From Amoebophrya sp. A120 (lineage: Eukaryota; Protista; Dinoflagellata), in the NCBI GenBank assembly GCA_905178155.1, contig CAJINV010000013.1, forward strand, positions 796,344 to 860,343: 64,000 nt of DNA, read 5' to 3'. Numbering within the stretch: position 1 is the stretch's first letter; every line of letters starts with the position of its first letter. Positions 48,501 through 59,899 of the stretch are shown in pieces. The position numbers and the translations under genes are program-made. Under the pieces are notes generated by a model. That model did no database searches. It worked only from the letters and a program-made list of their open reading frames with translations, and was not told the origin of the DNA.

Positions 48501-51337
48501 CAGGAGCTCCTCTACATCGAGCGCAGATAAAAATTCTGAAGCTGAACAAAAGGAAAATGGAAAATCCGCAACACCAAAGGCAGCCTCGGAGGACAACGAG
48601 CAGGACGAGCCCTACGCTTTTCTCCCCGACAAGGAAGATGAAAACAAGCACGAGCAATTATCACATGGAAAAATCCCCCCTGCTTCCCATATCAAAAGAA
48701 AGTTTCTGATCCTGCTGAATTTGCGTACACAAATCAGGTCTGTCATGCAGTAGAGGACTGCAGGACCAACCCATACCAAGATGCCTCAGTAGAAGGGTTC
48801 TGACGCAGGCACGTAGCATGGCAAATCAATGTGTACTCTGTAGGGCCCATAGCATCACAAACCGCCTTCATAATGCGGCGGAGTCTCCGGATTGGCCTTC
48901 TTGCAATACAGACACGATTTGTGGCCACAAATCAGCACCACAAATTTCCAGAAATGTGCCTTTTCGGTATGGGGAGGCGGGATTTTTCCTCTCAAAGTCA
49001 ACAACCCTTGCCGCCGCCGGAAGAGCTGCAGCGGATCATGTCTTCCGCACGGCCGCCAGCAGACGAAAATGGTGGAATGTCGAGCAGGATGAACAATGCA
49101 ACCACGGCGGAAGCAGGGGCAGCGGACGAAAAGATCACCTCGTCTGCTCGTGCTCTCTCGGGGACGTCCCAAGAAAGAAAAAACGAACAAGAAACACCAG
49201 CTACATCTTCGCATGACCACTCGCAAGCGGATCATGAACGGCCGCAGAATGCAAATGCCGAAAAGGTCGTGGCAACCAGTACCATCACGAAGACTACCAC
49301 CAACATGCTGCTGCCGGAACTACGTGGCGGTCGGCCTTCCACACCGTTTGCGGACGAAGAAAATGGAAACCACGATGAGGAGAAGCCCAAGGAAGCAGCT
49401 GATGGCGCATTAACTCTCCCGAAATCGGAGCAGTCGTCCAGACTACAGCAGGATGAAAGGCAAAAACCGAACGGAGTTGAAGATGGGGGAGCAAATGCAA
49501 AAGATGAGCTTTTACTGCTAAGTGACCACCCAAAACAAGTCGACGAAGTGATGAACAAGCAACAGCACGAAGAAGGAGCAGCAGAAGAGGATGCTGCTGC
49601 TGAAGAGACGAAGCCTCATTTTGAGAGCGATGCTGCACTTTCCACTTCGGAGAAGAACCGGCCTACAGGAGAACTACCGGCTGCAGCTCTTGTCGATCGT
49701 TCATCTTCTCCTGCTGTGAATCTATCCGCAAAAAAGAAACCATTCCCATCCCATTTGCCATGCAAAACGTACATAGAATCGAATTTAAAACTCTGTGTTT
49801 CTGATGCAAAAAAATAGATGGGCATTGTTTTTTTTTCTGTGGATAGAACCACGATGAAAGCGATATGGATCTGACCGACGCGCTGACTGAGCACGACGAG
49901 GAGGCTCTGCGGTTTGAAGAAGACCAGCAGTATCGAGTTGTAGACGAGCAACAAAAATCCTCCACTTCTAAAAGCGAAGCCCTTGCAGACCTGCCGGAAG
50001 TTAATGAAGAGAGCAAGGTCCCCGTGCTGGACGACAAGGTGAAAGGGCAAATCAAGCAGGACGAAGAAGAAGAACTTCGTCGTTATCAGCAGCTCCTCCC
50101 TGGAGAACCATCCGGGTCGCCAAAGACAGAGAAGGACCACGGTCATCATGCTTCCGCCGGACCCAAACACGATGAAGATGCACTCACGGATCGGGATCCA
50201 TTGACGCAGACGCACGAAGCGGCGGCACAAGATGCTGATGCCGATCCCGCAAAAAGAAAAGCTGACTTCGATCTTCGTCTACTCAACACGAGCCAGAACA
50301 AGCAAAAAGAAGATCGGGAGCGCGTTCTTGACAGACATCCCATGTTCTTGCCCACCAAGGAAAAGGAGAAGAGCCCTCCAGCGCCAGCGGGCCTCGAAAC
50401 TGATAGTAATGTAAAACAAGAGAACGATCCACCAGTCGTCTCGTCAGACAGCATTGCCTCCTCCAGAGTGAAGAACTACAACAAGACGGAAGGGGATAGC
50501 GTATTTTCCGGCGCGGTGAACCCCCAACATGTGGAGGACCAGAGCCGCCAGTCTTCGCCACGCAACAGCACGTTTGGGGGTTCGGTAGAAAACAACGAGA
50601 CCAGCGGTCCGCCCGTGGAGATGATCGCGCAGCAAAAAAGGGGAGGAGCACACAGACGGGGTCCGCTGCCTAATTCTGCTGCTGACTCGGCCCTTGGCGG
50701 AGAGATATCATCGTTCGAGAAGGAGGACCACGACGGCCGGGCCCGGGCGGAACAAGAAAAAAAACAAATACCAAAAAACAGCACTAACGAAGCATTTTCA
50801 GTTGTTGTTCCTGTGATAAAAGCCCGCACGCAAGATGATGCTGAAACAAGAAACGCTACACGCCTGGCGTTGATCACAACCCCGGCGCCAGCGCCGCTCC
50901 TTGCTGCCGCGCAGGACCAACTACTTCTACCTGCTGGCGCTGCCGAAAATAACACGGGGAGAAACGCCTCAGACGGGACGTACAAGGACGTCGCCTCGGG
51001 CTTTCTGCAGTCGAGCACCAACCAAGGCACGGACTGGCTGGGCGGCTGGATGAGCGAACACGGCGCCATGAAGGAAAACTTTTGGGAACTGTGGAAAATG
51101 GTAAAACAAAAAGCATCTTCAGCTGCAATTTGGGGACCCGGATCTGGTGGCGCAACAACTCCTACTGCTCCTCCACCTCCTTCTGCGACCAATACAATTT
51201 TCCTCTTGGATTTAACGAAAACCGTGGGGGGCGGATTGAAATCAATGCTGCCGCAAAACGAAAACCAAAACATTATCGCTGAACTTGAGCTTGTGATTGA
51301 TGAAGTTGTCTCAATGTTGCAGCTTGTACCACAGTGA
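45579..51337 (+). CDS. Very large basic/Ser-rich low-complexity protein; exons 45579-47273, 48277-48657, 49002-49718, 49847-51337
   Basis: Canonical GTAAGT..CTACAG intron 47274-48276 plus two introners join ORFs 45579, 48373, 48831 and 49865 in frame. Internal repeats (ERGRDVEDKNE; KKRSRSSSS). Confidence 0.7.
48659..48997. mobile_element. Degenerate introner
   Basis: GGAAAAATCCCCCCTGCTTCCCATA / TATGGGGAGGCGGGATTTTTCC. Right terminus eroded; DR GCAAT/TCAAC. A 344-nt removal is in frame; a GC-AG register (48654-48997) is possible. Confidence 0.75.
49723..49845. mobile_element. Introner (38056 family)
   Basis: TATCCGCAAAAAAGAAACCATTCCCATC / GATGGGCATTGTTTTTTTTTCTGTGGATA. DR GAATC/GAACC. In-frame join PAV|NHDESD. 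Confidence 0.88.
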
Positions 51338-53158
51338 AATAAGGGACACAGAAAAAAAATTAAAAATTCGGTTGCATTGGTCGTGGAGAAGCTCCGATCC
51401 TCCGCAGATTTAGGTCTAGGATTTACGAAACTGGTAGCCACCGGAGAGCCGACATCTCGGACGCCGAAGACCAGAACTCCTCCGAACCGGAGACACCTGG
51501 ATGCTGCCGCCGAATCACCCGGCTCCGGAGCCGGAGATACCTCGACGAGAAGCCCTCGTCTATTGTTTTTGATTTTGTTTTCAGAAGTAGTAAGTAGTTG
51601 TTTTCAGAATATTCGACCGAAGTATGAAGTAAGTAGGTGTAGCTGTAGGAGGCTTAACTCTTTTGCTCGTACAAAACCATAACAATCTCTGCCCTAATCG
51701 CTCTATGCTCTGGAGCCGGCCAAGGGAAATCATTTGGGAAGGGAGAGCAGGGGAAGAGTCAATTGCTTCTGGTTCTTTTTTTTTTAAGTCGGTCGGGGGG
51801 GGCAATGGTTTCAGGGTAGGGTCAAGGGTTTTAGGGAGGCAGCTGGGGGGTGCAGGGTGTAACTCCGTGTTTTCCTGCGTTCCCCGGTGGCGTTTGCGTA
51901 CCGCTACCAGAGCTCCGGCTCAGGTGGCGCAGGCAGGAAGGGCAAGAAGAGGAGTCTTGCTTAGGACCTGGCATTTCTATAGCGCCTGTTCTGACGCGAG
52001 GAAGGGTAAGCAGAGGCGGCTTACCTTGGACCTTGCGGCTCAGCGGAGGTTGATCGAAGCACTGCGGAGGCGGTAGTAGTGCATCGCTCTGAAGCCGGGG
52101 GGGATTGGGGGTCTCGGCTCACTTTCCCTCAGGCAACTCCCCAGGTCGCTTGGTTCACCACTAAAACGGGCGGCGTTTCTCGAGGTCTTGGTGGTGACCG
52201 GTTGAGACACCGATCGCCAGCTACTTACAAGCACGAATATAGATAGTACGATAGACAGTCGCTCGCTCGCCTGAAGAAGCGAGCACGCGATTGATTTTGT
52301 TTTCAGTAAGTATAATGAAATATTAGCTAAGCCTGCAGCTGCAGGCACAGTAGCTACTTGATTTACGCGCTACGTACGTAGCCACTTGTTGGCCCGACGT
52401 GTAAGCAAGTATTTTAGCACGGAATTGAGGGAGTCTGCTAGAGTCCTTCAGAGGTGTTCGGGCGCCATCGGCGAACGGTTCCCGCCACGCGATATGGACG
52501 GCATGCGGCCGAAGTCCGGCCTTGTTGCGCCATCTATGGCGCAACATGAGCACTCCGGTGCCCAGTGCTGGCGCCGTATTTGCCTCCGGACCTGGCGAAT
52601 AAAGAGAAGAACGGATGACGTCTCGTCGAACTATCTGAACTGGCTTCCTTAATAGCTGCAGCCTAAATCAGTTACATGGTTCTTTTCGCTGGGTCTTTCA
52701 CTTTCTTTCTTTCCATGCCTGGGCAAGGCATCAATTGTTCGAGGCCCTGAAACATCCGCTTTTCAATTCTCGGATCAGATCGCTCCTGTCAACATCAACG
52801 AACTGCGCGCCGGGTCTTTCGATACTTACTCAGTCTCGGCTGATCTAGTTGGAGCTAGTACATCACAAAAATGCAAACTGCTGCTCTTAAAAAGTGCAGC
52901 CTTCACTTCAAACATTTTTCGCCTAGTTATTTCAAATGCAGAATCAGAAAAGCCCAGAACAATAGCCGATCGCCGGCGGCACTGTGCGTCCCTACTTACC
53001 TGTAGTTGTCGCCCGACCCCGAGGTAGTTGATCGACACAACATCTGCGTCGTCATTCCCAACGAGAAACCCACGCCACGACTTCAGCATAAAAGAATTGC
53101 TGCTGAATGTTTACAAATTTTTCGGCTTTTTTCTGTGTGCCTTATTTCACTGTGGTAG

Positions 53159-54703
53159 CTTGATCTGAAGACTCATTTTGCGATCAGCACCGAGAGCGAC
53201 AAGCGCACCGAGCAACGACTTCTTTACACTCCGCCTGTGGAGCTAATCGCTCATCCTCATGGCAAGACAGGACGAGTAAAATACGAAGTCAATTTCCTTG
53301 ACACGACTGAAAAAGACGAGACCAAGTGGGAAGAAACAGGCCTCCAGCAGGTTTACCCAGAGTGGAAACTACAGAAACAGAAGGCTCTGATCGGGAATGC
53401 ATTTTCAAACCCACGCGAGCGCTATTGGACATTCTTGGACTTCGACAGCCCCGGCGGGTTTGTCTGGACGGGTCCAAGTGGAGCGATGCGCAGCGGAATG
53501 GTCACATTTATAGTCCCTCCAAGACTCATCGGCACTGCTGGCAGGAGTATCGTAGAGCCTCATCCCGCGCTCGAATACAGGTGCTCTAACCGTCAACTCT
53601 GCGCGGAGCCGATCGAACAACGCGGCTTTTGCTTGCTTGAACTCTTGGCGCCACACTGGCAAGTAAGCAGTATGTTTCAGTTGGCACAACTACCACCTCG
53701 AGCTCCACTAAACCCGCCCTTGGGCGATGGCCAAGGCGCAGTGCAGCTGGAGTGGATCGTCTATGAATTCGTGCACAATCTTCTAAGGGGAGAGGAGCTA
53801 AATATCTCGCCGGCGGACAGTACTACTGTACGTCATGTGCCCAAGGCCAGCAGTCTGGGTAAATACGAGGGACGGCTGGCGTGGAGCGACCGCACTTGGC
53901 AAATCCTTTTCCCGGGCGAAGATTTTCAGCCAAGGAAGAAAGACCCGCAGGTGCAGTTGCATGCCGATCGAATAAGAACAATATTAAAAACAGCGCTACA
54001 ATACTTGGCCTGCAGCATTGACGGACTCGAACTCGTGGACTGCCAGAAGAACAAGGTGCTGATCTATGACGTCAACGAGACGTATATGACAAATATCAGA
54101 ACGTTCTGGCGCACGATCTCGGAGAGGAGGGGCGACGAATCAAGGGCGGAAAAGAAAAACCAAGAAGTTGCGGAGGGCGACGAACCAAGGGCGGAAAAGA
54201 AAAATCAAGAAGTTTATCTCCGCATAGTTGGGTCGCAGGCATTGCGAACTCCGTGGGACACGAATATGCACCATATAGTGGAGTTCCAATCTTCCGTCGA
54301 CTACGAAAACGAAATGAATAACTGGGGTTTTCGGGCCGCCTATGGGGCATCCGGGCTTATAACTAACGAAGCACGGGGACCGCGAGAACAAATTTTGATG
54401 ACCCAAAGGGTTCCGATGTCTCTCGGAGAGGTCATTGCGTTGATGATCGCATCGAAGTGGATTGGCTTCGGCAGCGGGGCGAACTACCAACTCGTATCCG
54501 AAAAAAGGACAACGATTGAAGGCTTTGTCAGGAGACCCTTCTCAGGTGTGAAGGAACAGCTGAAAAAGAATCAGAATGAGAACCCTCTCAATGTAAACGG
54601 AGTGCCAATCCGTCGCAGACAGCCACAGAACCAATTTAACTGCCAATCCCTGGCTTATTTCATATTAAATCTTCTCGCCCCGCCTGATCTATCCTCGACG
54701 TAG
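53159..54703 (+). CDS. Hypothetical protein with C-terminal permuted papain-like (LRAT/PPPDE-type) H...NCQ motif; start or upstream exon uncertain
   Basis: Frame open from 53159 (after TAG, possibly a splice acceptor). MHHIVEF ... NYQLV ... FNCQSLAYFIL. 15-aa tandem repeat GDE(S/P)RAEKKNQEV. Confidence 0.6.
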   Translation, partial: LDLKTHFAISTESDKRTEQRLLYTPPVELIAHPHGKTGRVKYEVNFLDTTEKDETKWEETGLQQVYPEWKLQKQKALIGNAFSNPRERYWTFLDFDSPGGFVWTGPSGAMRSGMVTFIVPPRLIGTAGRSIVEPHPALEYRCSNRQLCAEPIEQRGFCLLELLAPHWQVSSMFQLAQLPPRAPLNPPLGDGQGAVQLEWIVYEFVHNLLRGEELNISPADSTTVRHVPKASSLGKYEGRLAWSDRTWQILFPGEDFQPRKKDPQVQLHADRIRTILKTALQYLACSIDGLELVDCQKNKVLIYDVNETYMTNIRTFWRTISERRGDESRAEKKNQEVAEGDEPRAEKKNQEVYLRIVGSQALRTPWDTNMHHIVEFQSSVDYENEMNNWGFRAAYGASGLITNEARGPREQILMTQRVPMSLGEVIALMIASKWIGFGSGANYQLVSEKRTTIEGFVRRPFSGVKEQLKKNQNENPLNVNGVPIRRRQPQNQFNCQSLAYFILNLLAPPDLSST

Positions 54704-54793
54704 AGAACATATCTGTCCGATTGTGAATCGTTTCGGCTGCTGTCCCTGTCTTGCATGATGAAGTGTATTTTCTACTATCCAGCACGACGATAA

Positions 54794-56467
54794 ACCTCCA
54801 CCATTTCGTTTTCGGCGCTGCCAGTGCATGAAGAGTGGAATTTGCTTAAGATGATTTTCGTCTACTTCTTTCAATTTCACCATGCAACATCACATAAAAC
54901 ATCAAATCGAGCAGGCGGTGAAAATACATACTTGATCTCGACAAACAGACCGGTATCCCGCAGGAAATTATAGCCATCGCGCTGATGGCACTGGCTATGA
55001 GAGTATGCAGAAGATGATAAAAACAAGTGGCGCTGCAATGCACGAGCACCATTTGCAGATGTATAGTGCTCCTCTGCTGGCGGACATAAGTAGTCACGGA
55101 CGAGATTCACACTCCGACACTTTTTCTTTCTGCGAGTATACCACAACTTTATTCCACCAGAAAGTGAAGATAGCGGTGTTTGGAAAAAAAGGAGGGACTA
55201 TCGCACACAAGGAATTCATGCCATGCGCGGCACCGAGCCCTTTGATCCGCAGGGCGGCTCATCATGGGCGGCGGGTATCAATAGAACGAGAAGCGCTGGT
55301 GTAAAGAAAACCATCGGAAAAGTGAAAAATAGAATTAGAAATACGTTTTCTACACGTACTCGAAAAAGTAAAGGTAAAGGAAAACACGCTTCGCCGATGA
55401 AGAGGGGCCAGCCACTGGACCAGCGTCGCTCGACAAAAAGCAGCAGTTTCGTTGAGAAAAGCAAAGAACAAAATGAAACCACTAAGAACAAGTAGAAGAA
55501 GCTAGCAAGCGATATAATCATACATCATGATCGTATTTGAGTGATGTAGTGGTAGACGTTACGTGCGACGTATTTTATCATCAAAAAATAATAAGCCAAA
55601 AGATAAAGACTTTTTGATCGATGTGATGTGCTGCTGCGTTTTCAAAATGGATCGACCGCCACAGCGAAGTAGACGACAACACTCAAAGTGATACAACTGC
55701 CACTCGTTCTCTATCTCTGTCAGCCATTCAGATCTACTTTGAGTAACCTCCTAAGAAAGCACATTTAGCAGCTAGGGAAATATTCTTATGGTGTCCTGCT
55801 TCTTCGACGCAGGCGCAGCTTTGATTTTGTGTCTCCAGGAGCTGTTGACGTTCCAGTAGGTACTTTCGTTTGTGCTTGAGATGCGCCGTATCAACATCAA
55901 GCCCTCCTCTCCCTGCAAGAAGACAGAGAATCCGAAAAGAAGAAAACAGCTTTTCCCTGTAGTAAACAGGCTTTCTTAAGAAACTACTTTTGAGCTTTCG
56001 TACAACTTTCGAATCTCTTTCAGAGTCCCTTGGAGCAAGCAACTTCTCATCCAAAAGCAGTCGGCTGCACCCCACGTTTTCGTCAGCAATGGCAACTTTT
56101 AAGCTTTAATTTGATATTTACGCTTTTAACTTATCCTTTTTACAGCACCCGTTTTTCTTTTTTCAGGCGGAAGTGCAAAGTCACTCAGGCGCAAGTGCTT
56201 CTGACCCGGAAACCATGACCCGGAAGTTCATCACGCTTCCACTCATAAAATTACAAACAAAAATAACCAAAGATGAAGATTTAAAAATTAAATTCGTAGG
56301 CGGCAAATAATTTTAATCACCTTTATTCCCGATCTGGCATGATGAACATGTGCGCGCGCAGGTCAGGGGCCCAGTTTCTGGAACCAGTGAACCGGACGAG
56401 AGGGAGTCGCGTACTCCTGGATTTTTCACAAGTATGCAGATGAACTACTTATTAAAGATAAAGATAA
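54794..56467 (+). repeat. 1674-bp direct duplicate of 39829-41502
   Basis: Constant offset of 14965; identical ORF translations in both copies; ends TAAAGATAAAGATAA. Confidence 0.95.
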
Positions 56468-57137
56468 CAGATGTTCTTGAACTACTCGAAGCACGAACTG
56501 TTACTGTAGTATACTTATAAAGCTGTAGCCTCTTAATGTGTGTTGATCTTGATACTTCCGTAAATGAGCTGTAATGCAAATCAATGTATCCATCCCTTTC
56601 CCACCTGAAATAAAACTCGCGCTCGCACTCCCCTTGCGGCGCAGAAGCAAAAGAAACGCCTTCACTAGCCTCCAAAACAACAAAAAGCACTCAAAGTCAA
56701 AGCATCACATACTGCCAAGGATATAATTATTGCGTACGAGTGTCATTTCTTTCTTTTCGAAAGCAAAGGTTGTTATTGACAGCATTTTTCGCCAAAATGG
56801 TACATACTTACACATACGAGATTACAATTGCTAGCGAATTAGAAAAGCTTTGTCCTCCGAGCAGAAACGGATCACTTGAGTGAAAGCGTGAGTACAAGAA
56901 AAACAAACTCACTGTAGGCCATTATTCAAATTGCCTTGACGTTTTTGTGTTCGACTTCGACGGTCGTGGTAGGGGTAGCTGTTGTATGCCAGCCAGGCAT
57001 CTCCTTTTGACATTTTGACTTTCGATATTGGTGCATTCCTTGGCCGAGCAGCGCTCAAACCGGCAAGCACAGGACGCGATCACGATCTCTGATATTTTTA
57101 CATGATAGGTTTCAGTTTGAACAAACTGCTCAGTAGA

Positions 57138-57214
57138 ATCTAGCCTCCGCTCGAGAAGTCGACCGATCAACAAACTGTTTGTTGATCGGTCGACTTCTCG
57201 AGCGGGGGCTAGAT
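57138..57214. repeat. Near-perfect palindrome (38-bp arms, 1-nt loop)
   Basis: ATCTAGCCTCCGCTCGAGAAGTCGACCGATCAACAAAC-T-GTTTGTTGATCGGTCGACTTCTCGAGCGGGGGCTAGAT. Confidence 0.95.
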
Positions 57215-59899
57215 CATTCTAGGTGTGGCTGCTGGATGATGTGACGCAAGAAGTGCAGCAGCAGCTATTCCCTTGATCGGACTCGAATTCGAACCGAAGC
57301 TATCATGACGATTGCACGCTTCTAGATTTCCTGCCTCGATCTGAAGCTGCGTCCGCACGACTTTTCACGTCCAGTCCTGAGCTTTTGACTGTCTCTTTCT
57401 TGCGATGCTATAAGTATAAAAAATCTTGTTCTTGCTGTTACTAGTTAACACAGTCTTAATTCATAATATGCCGTTTACATCGTGCTCGAGTGCAAGAGCA
57501 AGTCGTGAGCGTGACAGAGAAGTCGACGAAGCAAAGATGAATTGCAGAGCGCTGGTGAGTAGAGTAGATGTTAATACTGTCGGCGCCGGCAACATTTTGA
57601 TTTTGTGTGTCGGTCTGTATACATTGGTGTCTGTTGTTCTTGAAGATAAACATCCTGCTCGAGACAGCGGATAAATATTAGAGAATATTAAGAATTGTTA
57701 CGTCGCTAGGTGAGCGCGACACGAAACGAGTACGAGCGAAGCAGAGACATTGACACACACGATACTCAGCAATTACTTCGTTACTACTAGTACACGCATC
57801 TGCAACAGACATACCATCGGACCGCAGTGCGTCCGTAGTACTCGCAGTTTCGAAATTATCCACCACAAGGTTGTATCCATTGCAAATATCCTCGTGTCGA
57901 CCGGGTCTGGAAATAATTTATGACGCTGACTGGTGATCGCCGAGCACACTCTTCATTCTTGCGTGGACCCAAGGAGCATGACACATTTTCAGGACGCTTT
58001 CTCATTCTCATGATCGCGCATGATATCGACAGATTGCGTCTGCGCAGGGCACAACAGCTGTCCCGGTTTTGTTGGTCATACATCAAATTATTTGCATGCA
58101 ATAAAAACACGAGTCAATACGTTTTTGTTTGCAAGAATTATCATGCGAGACAAACTAACAGTACATGCACGGGTCGTCGCACTTTTCGTCCAGACCCTGG
58201 CAAGAAAAAGAATATATTTGCAGTTGATAAATAAAAGAACGAAGACGAAGAGAGACATCAAAGTCAAGGGGCAGCAGGAGCACCAGGAGTCGCCCACAAG
58301 AGCCAGTGTGTTTGGCACCTGTTGCAGAAGCAGAAGAAGCGAAAGTGTAAGTGAGCACTTGCATCCGGAAAGACAGCTGCGTCTCGTGTTCGCGTTCTGT
58401 TGCTGCACTTTCAGAGCTTCGGGCCGCCTCGATCTTCTTTACGACCTTCGTCGCGGAAAACAGTGCACAACTGTGGTCCGTTGTCTGCTGCTGGTGCTGC
58501 AACTACGAACGGCAATTACTATTTCAAGCAGAAGCACGCCGGCACTTCTGCACCAGCATCTTCAATAACTACATCTCCTGCATCATCAAAGACCACGACC
58601 GGAAAAATAGTTAAAAGAACATCATGGCGACCTCTTCATCGTCGACACATCTGCAGCCACATCATGGCTCGGCCCATAACTCCCACGCCACGTCGTCCTC
58701 AATGTCGATACGCAATGCAAATATGTTGTTCATCTGTGCGGAAAAACATCAAGTGGAAGAGCGTCGAACAAGTCTCAACCAAGAACATTATGTTCCCCGT
58801 GTAGATGTATGTATTTAGCGCTTTCTTGATGTTTTTCTCCTTTGTCTGTGCTAGCTATAATTGGTATTTCCCCCTCCTCGTCGTTTTTGGCCAGCACCGT
58901 GTGTATGAAGACATAGCTGCAATGCATAATCGACCAACACCGACGAAAAGTTTCAGCGCCTTCTTCGCCGCATGGAGCACTGCGCTAAAGCACGAGAGGC
59001 AAGCACGCGAGTCCTCTCCCTACGGTTTGCGGAAAGAGACGTGGTCAGAAGCAGCTTGCAGCGGGAGAGCATGGTTTTTTTTTTTGTGAGTGCAGTTCCT
59101 TTTGATGCAGCTTTATAGCTGGCATGTACTAGTTCTTTTAGGCAGCTCATCATATACAACGTAGGCCTTCAATATTCTTCTGAGCCTCCTTTGGCCACTT
59201 CTACGTGATCGTGGTGACGTGCATAGTATGTACAAACTAGTACACCGACAATCAACAAAATCCGTCGCGCACGTTTCTAGATGCTTACGTCTGCGAGATA
59301 GCAGGACGACTTGTGCGGCAATTCAATGCCAATTCAGTGCCCCCGGCACTTTGCTGAAAGACAACTTTCTGCAATCCAAGAAAACCATTTCTGATTCATT
59401 CTTGATTTGTTTCGCGTCGCTATCCAGGAGAACTCTGTAGTTAGTCTAGCTTTCTACTAGGACGACCGACATCGTATACTTACAAGCTCGCATTGCATCA
59501 CGGAGAAAATATGAATGTGCCCTCCATTAATAGCAGCTATAGGCACAAGTACTGCAACTAGAAATCGCCAAGCCGACAAGATGGGCGTGGCGCAACTACT
59601 GTGTCTGTGATTATCTCGCATATTGTCTACCATGCTGATGCGTTTACTCACTACATTTTTTTGCCTGTCTTGCATGGTCACCCCTACTAAAGCCAAACCC
59701 TAAACCACGGAGTTTTTTTCTTGGATACGCGACAGGCTGCGAAGGATGCGTATCACGAGGCCGACAAACAGTATGAAAAAAGTCGCTCAGTCTAATATAT
59801 AAAGTTTGCAAGAATTCATTGTGCGGGGTACAACGAAAGTTGTAAAGTAGACTTGAAGCACTTAAATGATGAGACGAAATTATTTGTATTTTTCTTTTC

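Noticed and set aside
56700-59800. Short ORFs such as 58020-58568 and 58400-58804
   Set aside because: No domain, no consistent exon structure; cannot support a gene call.
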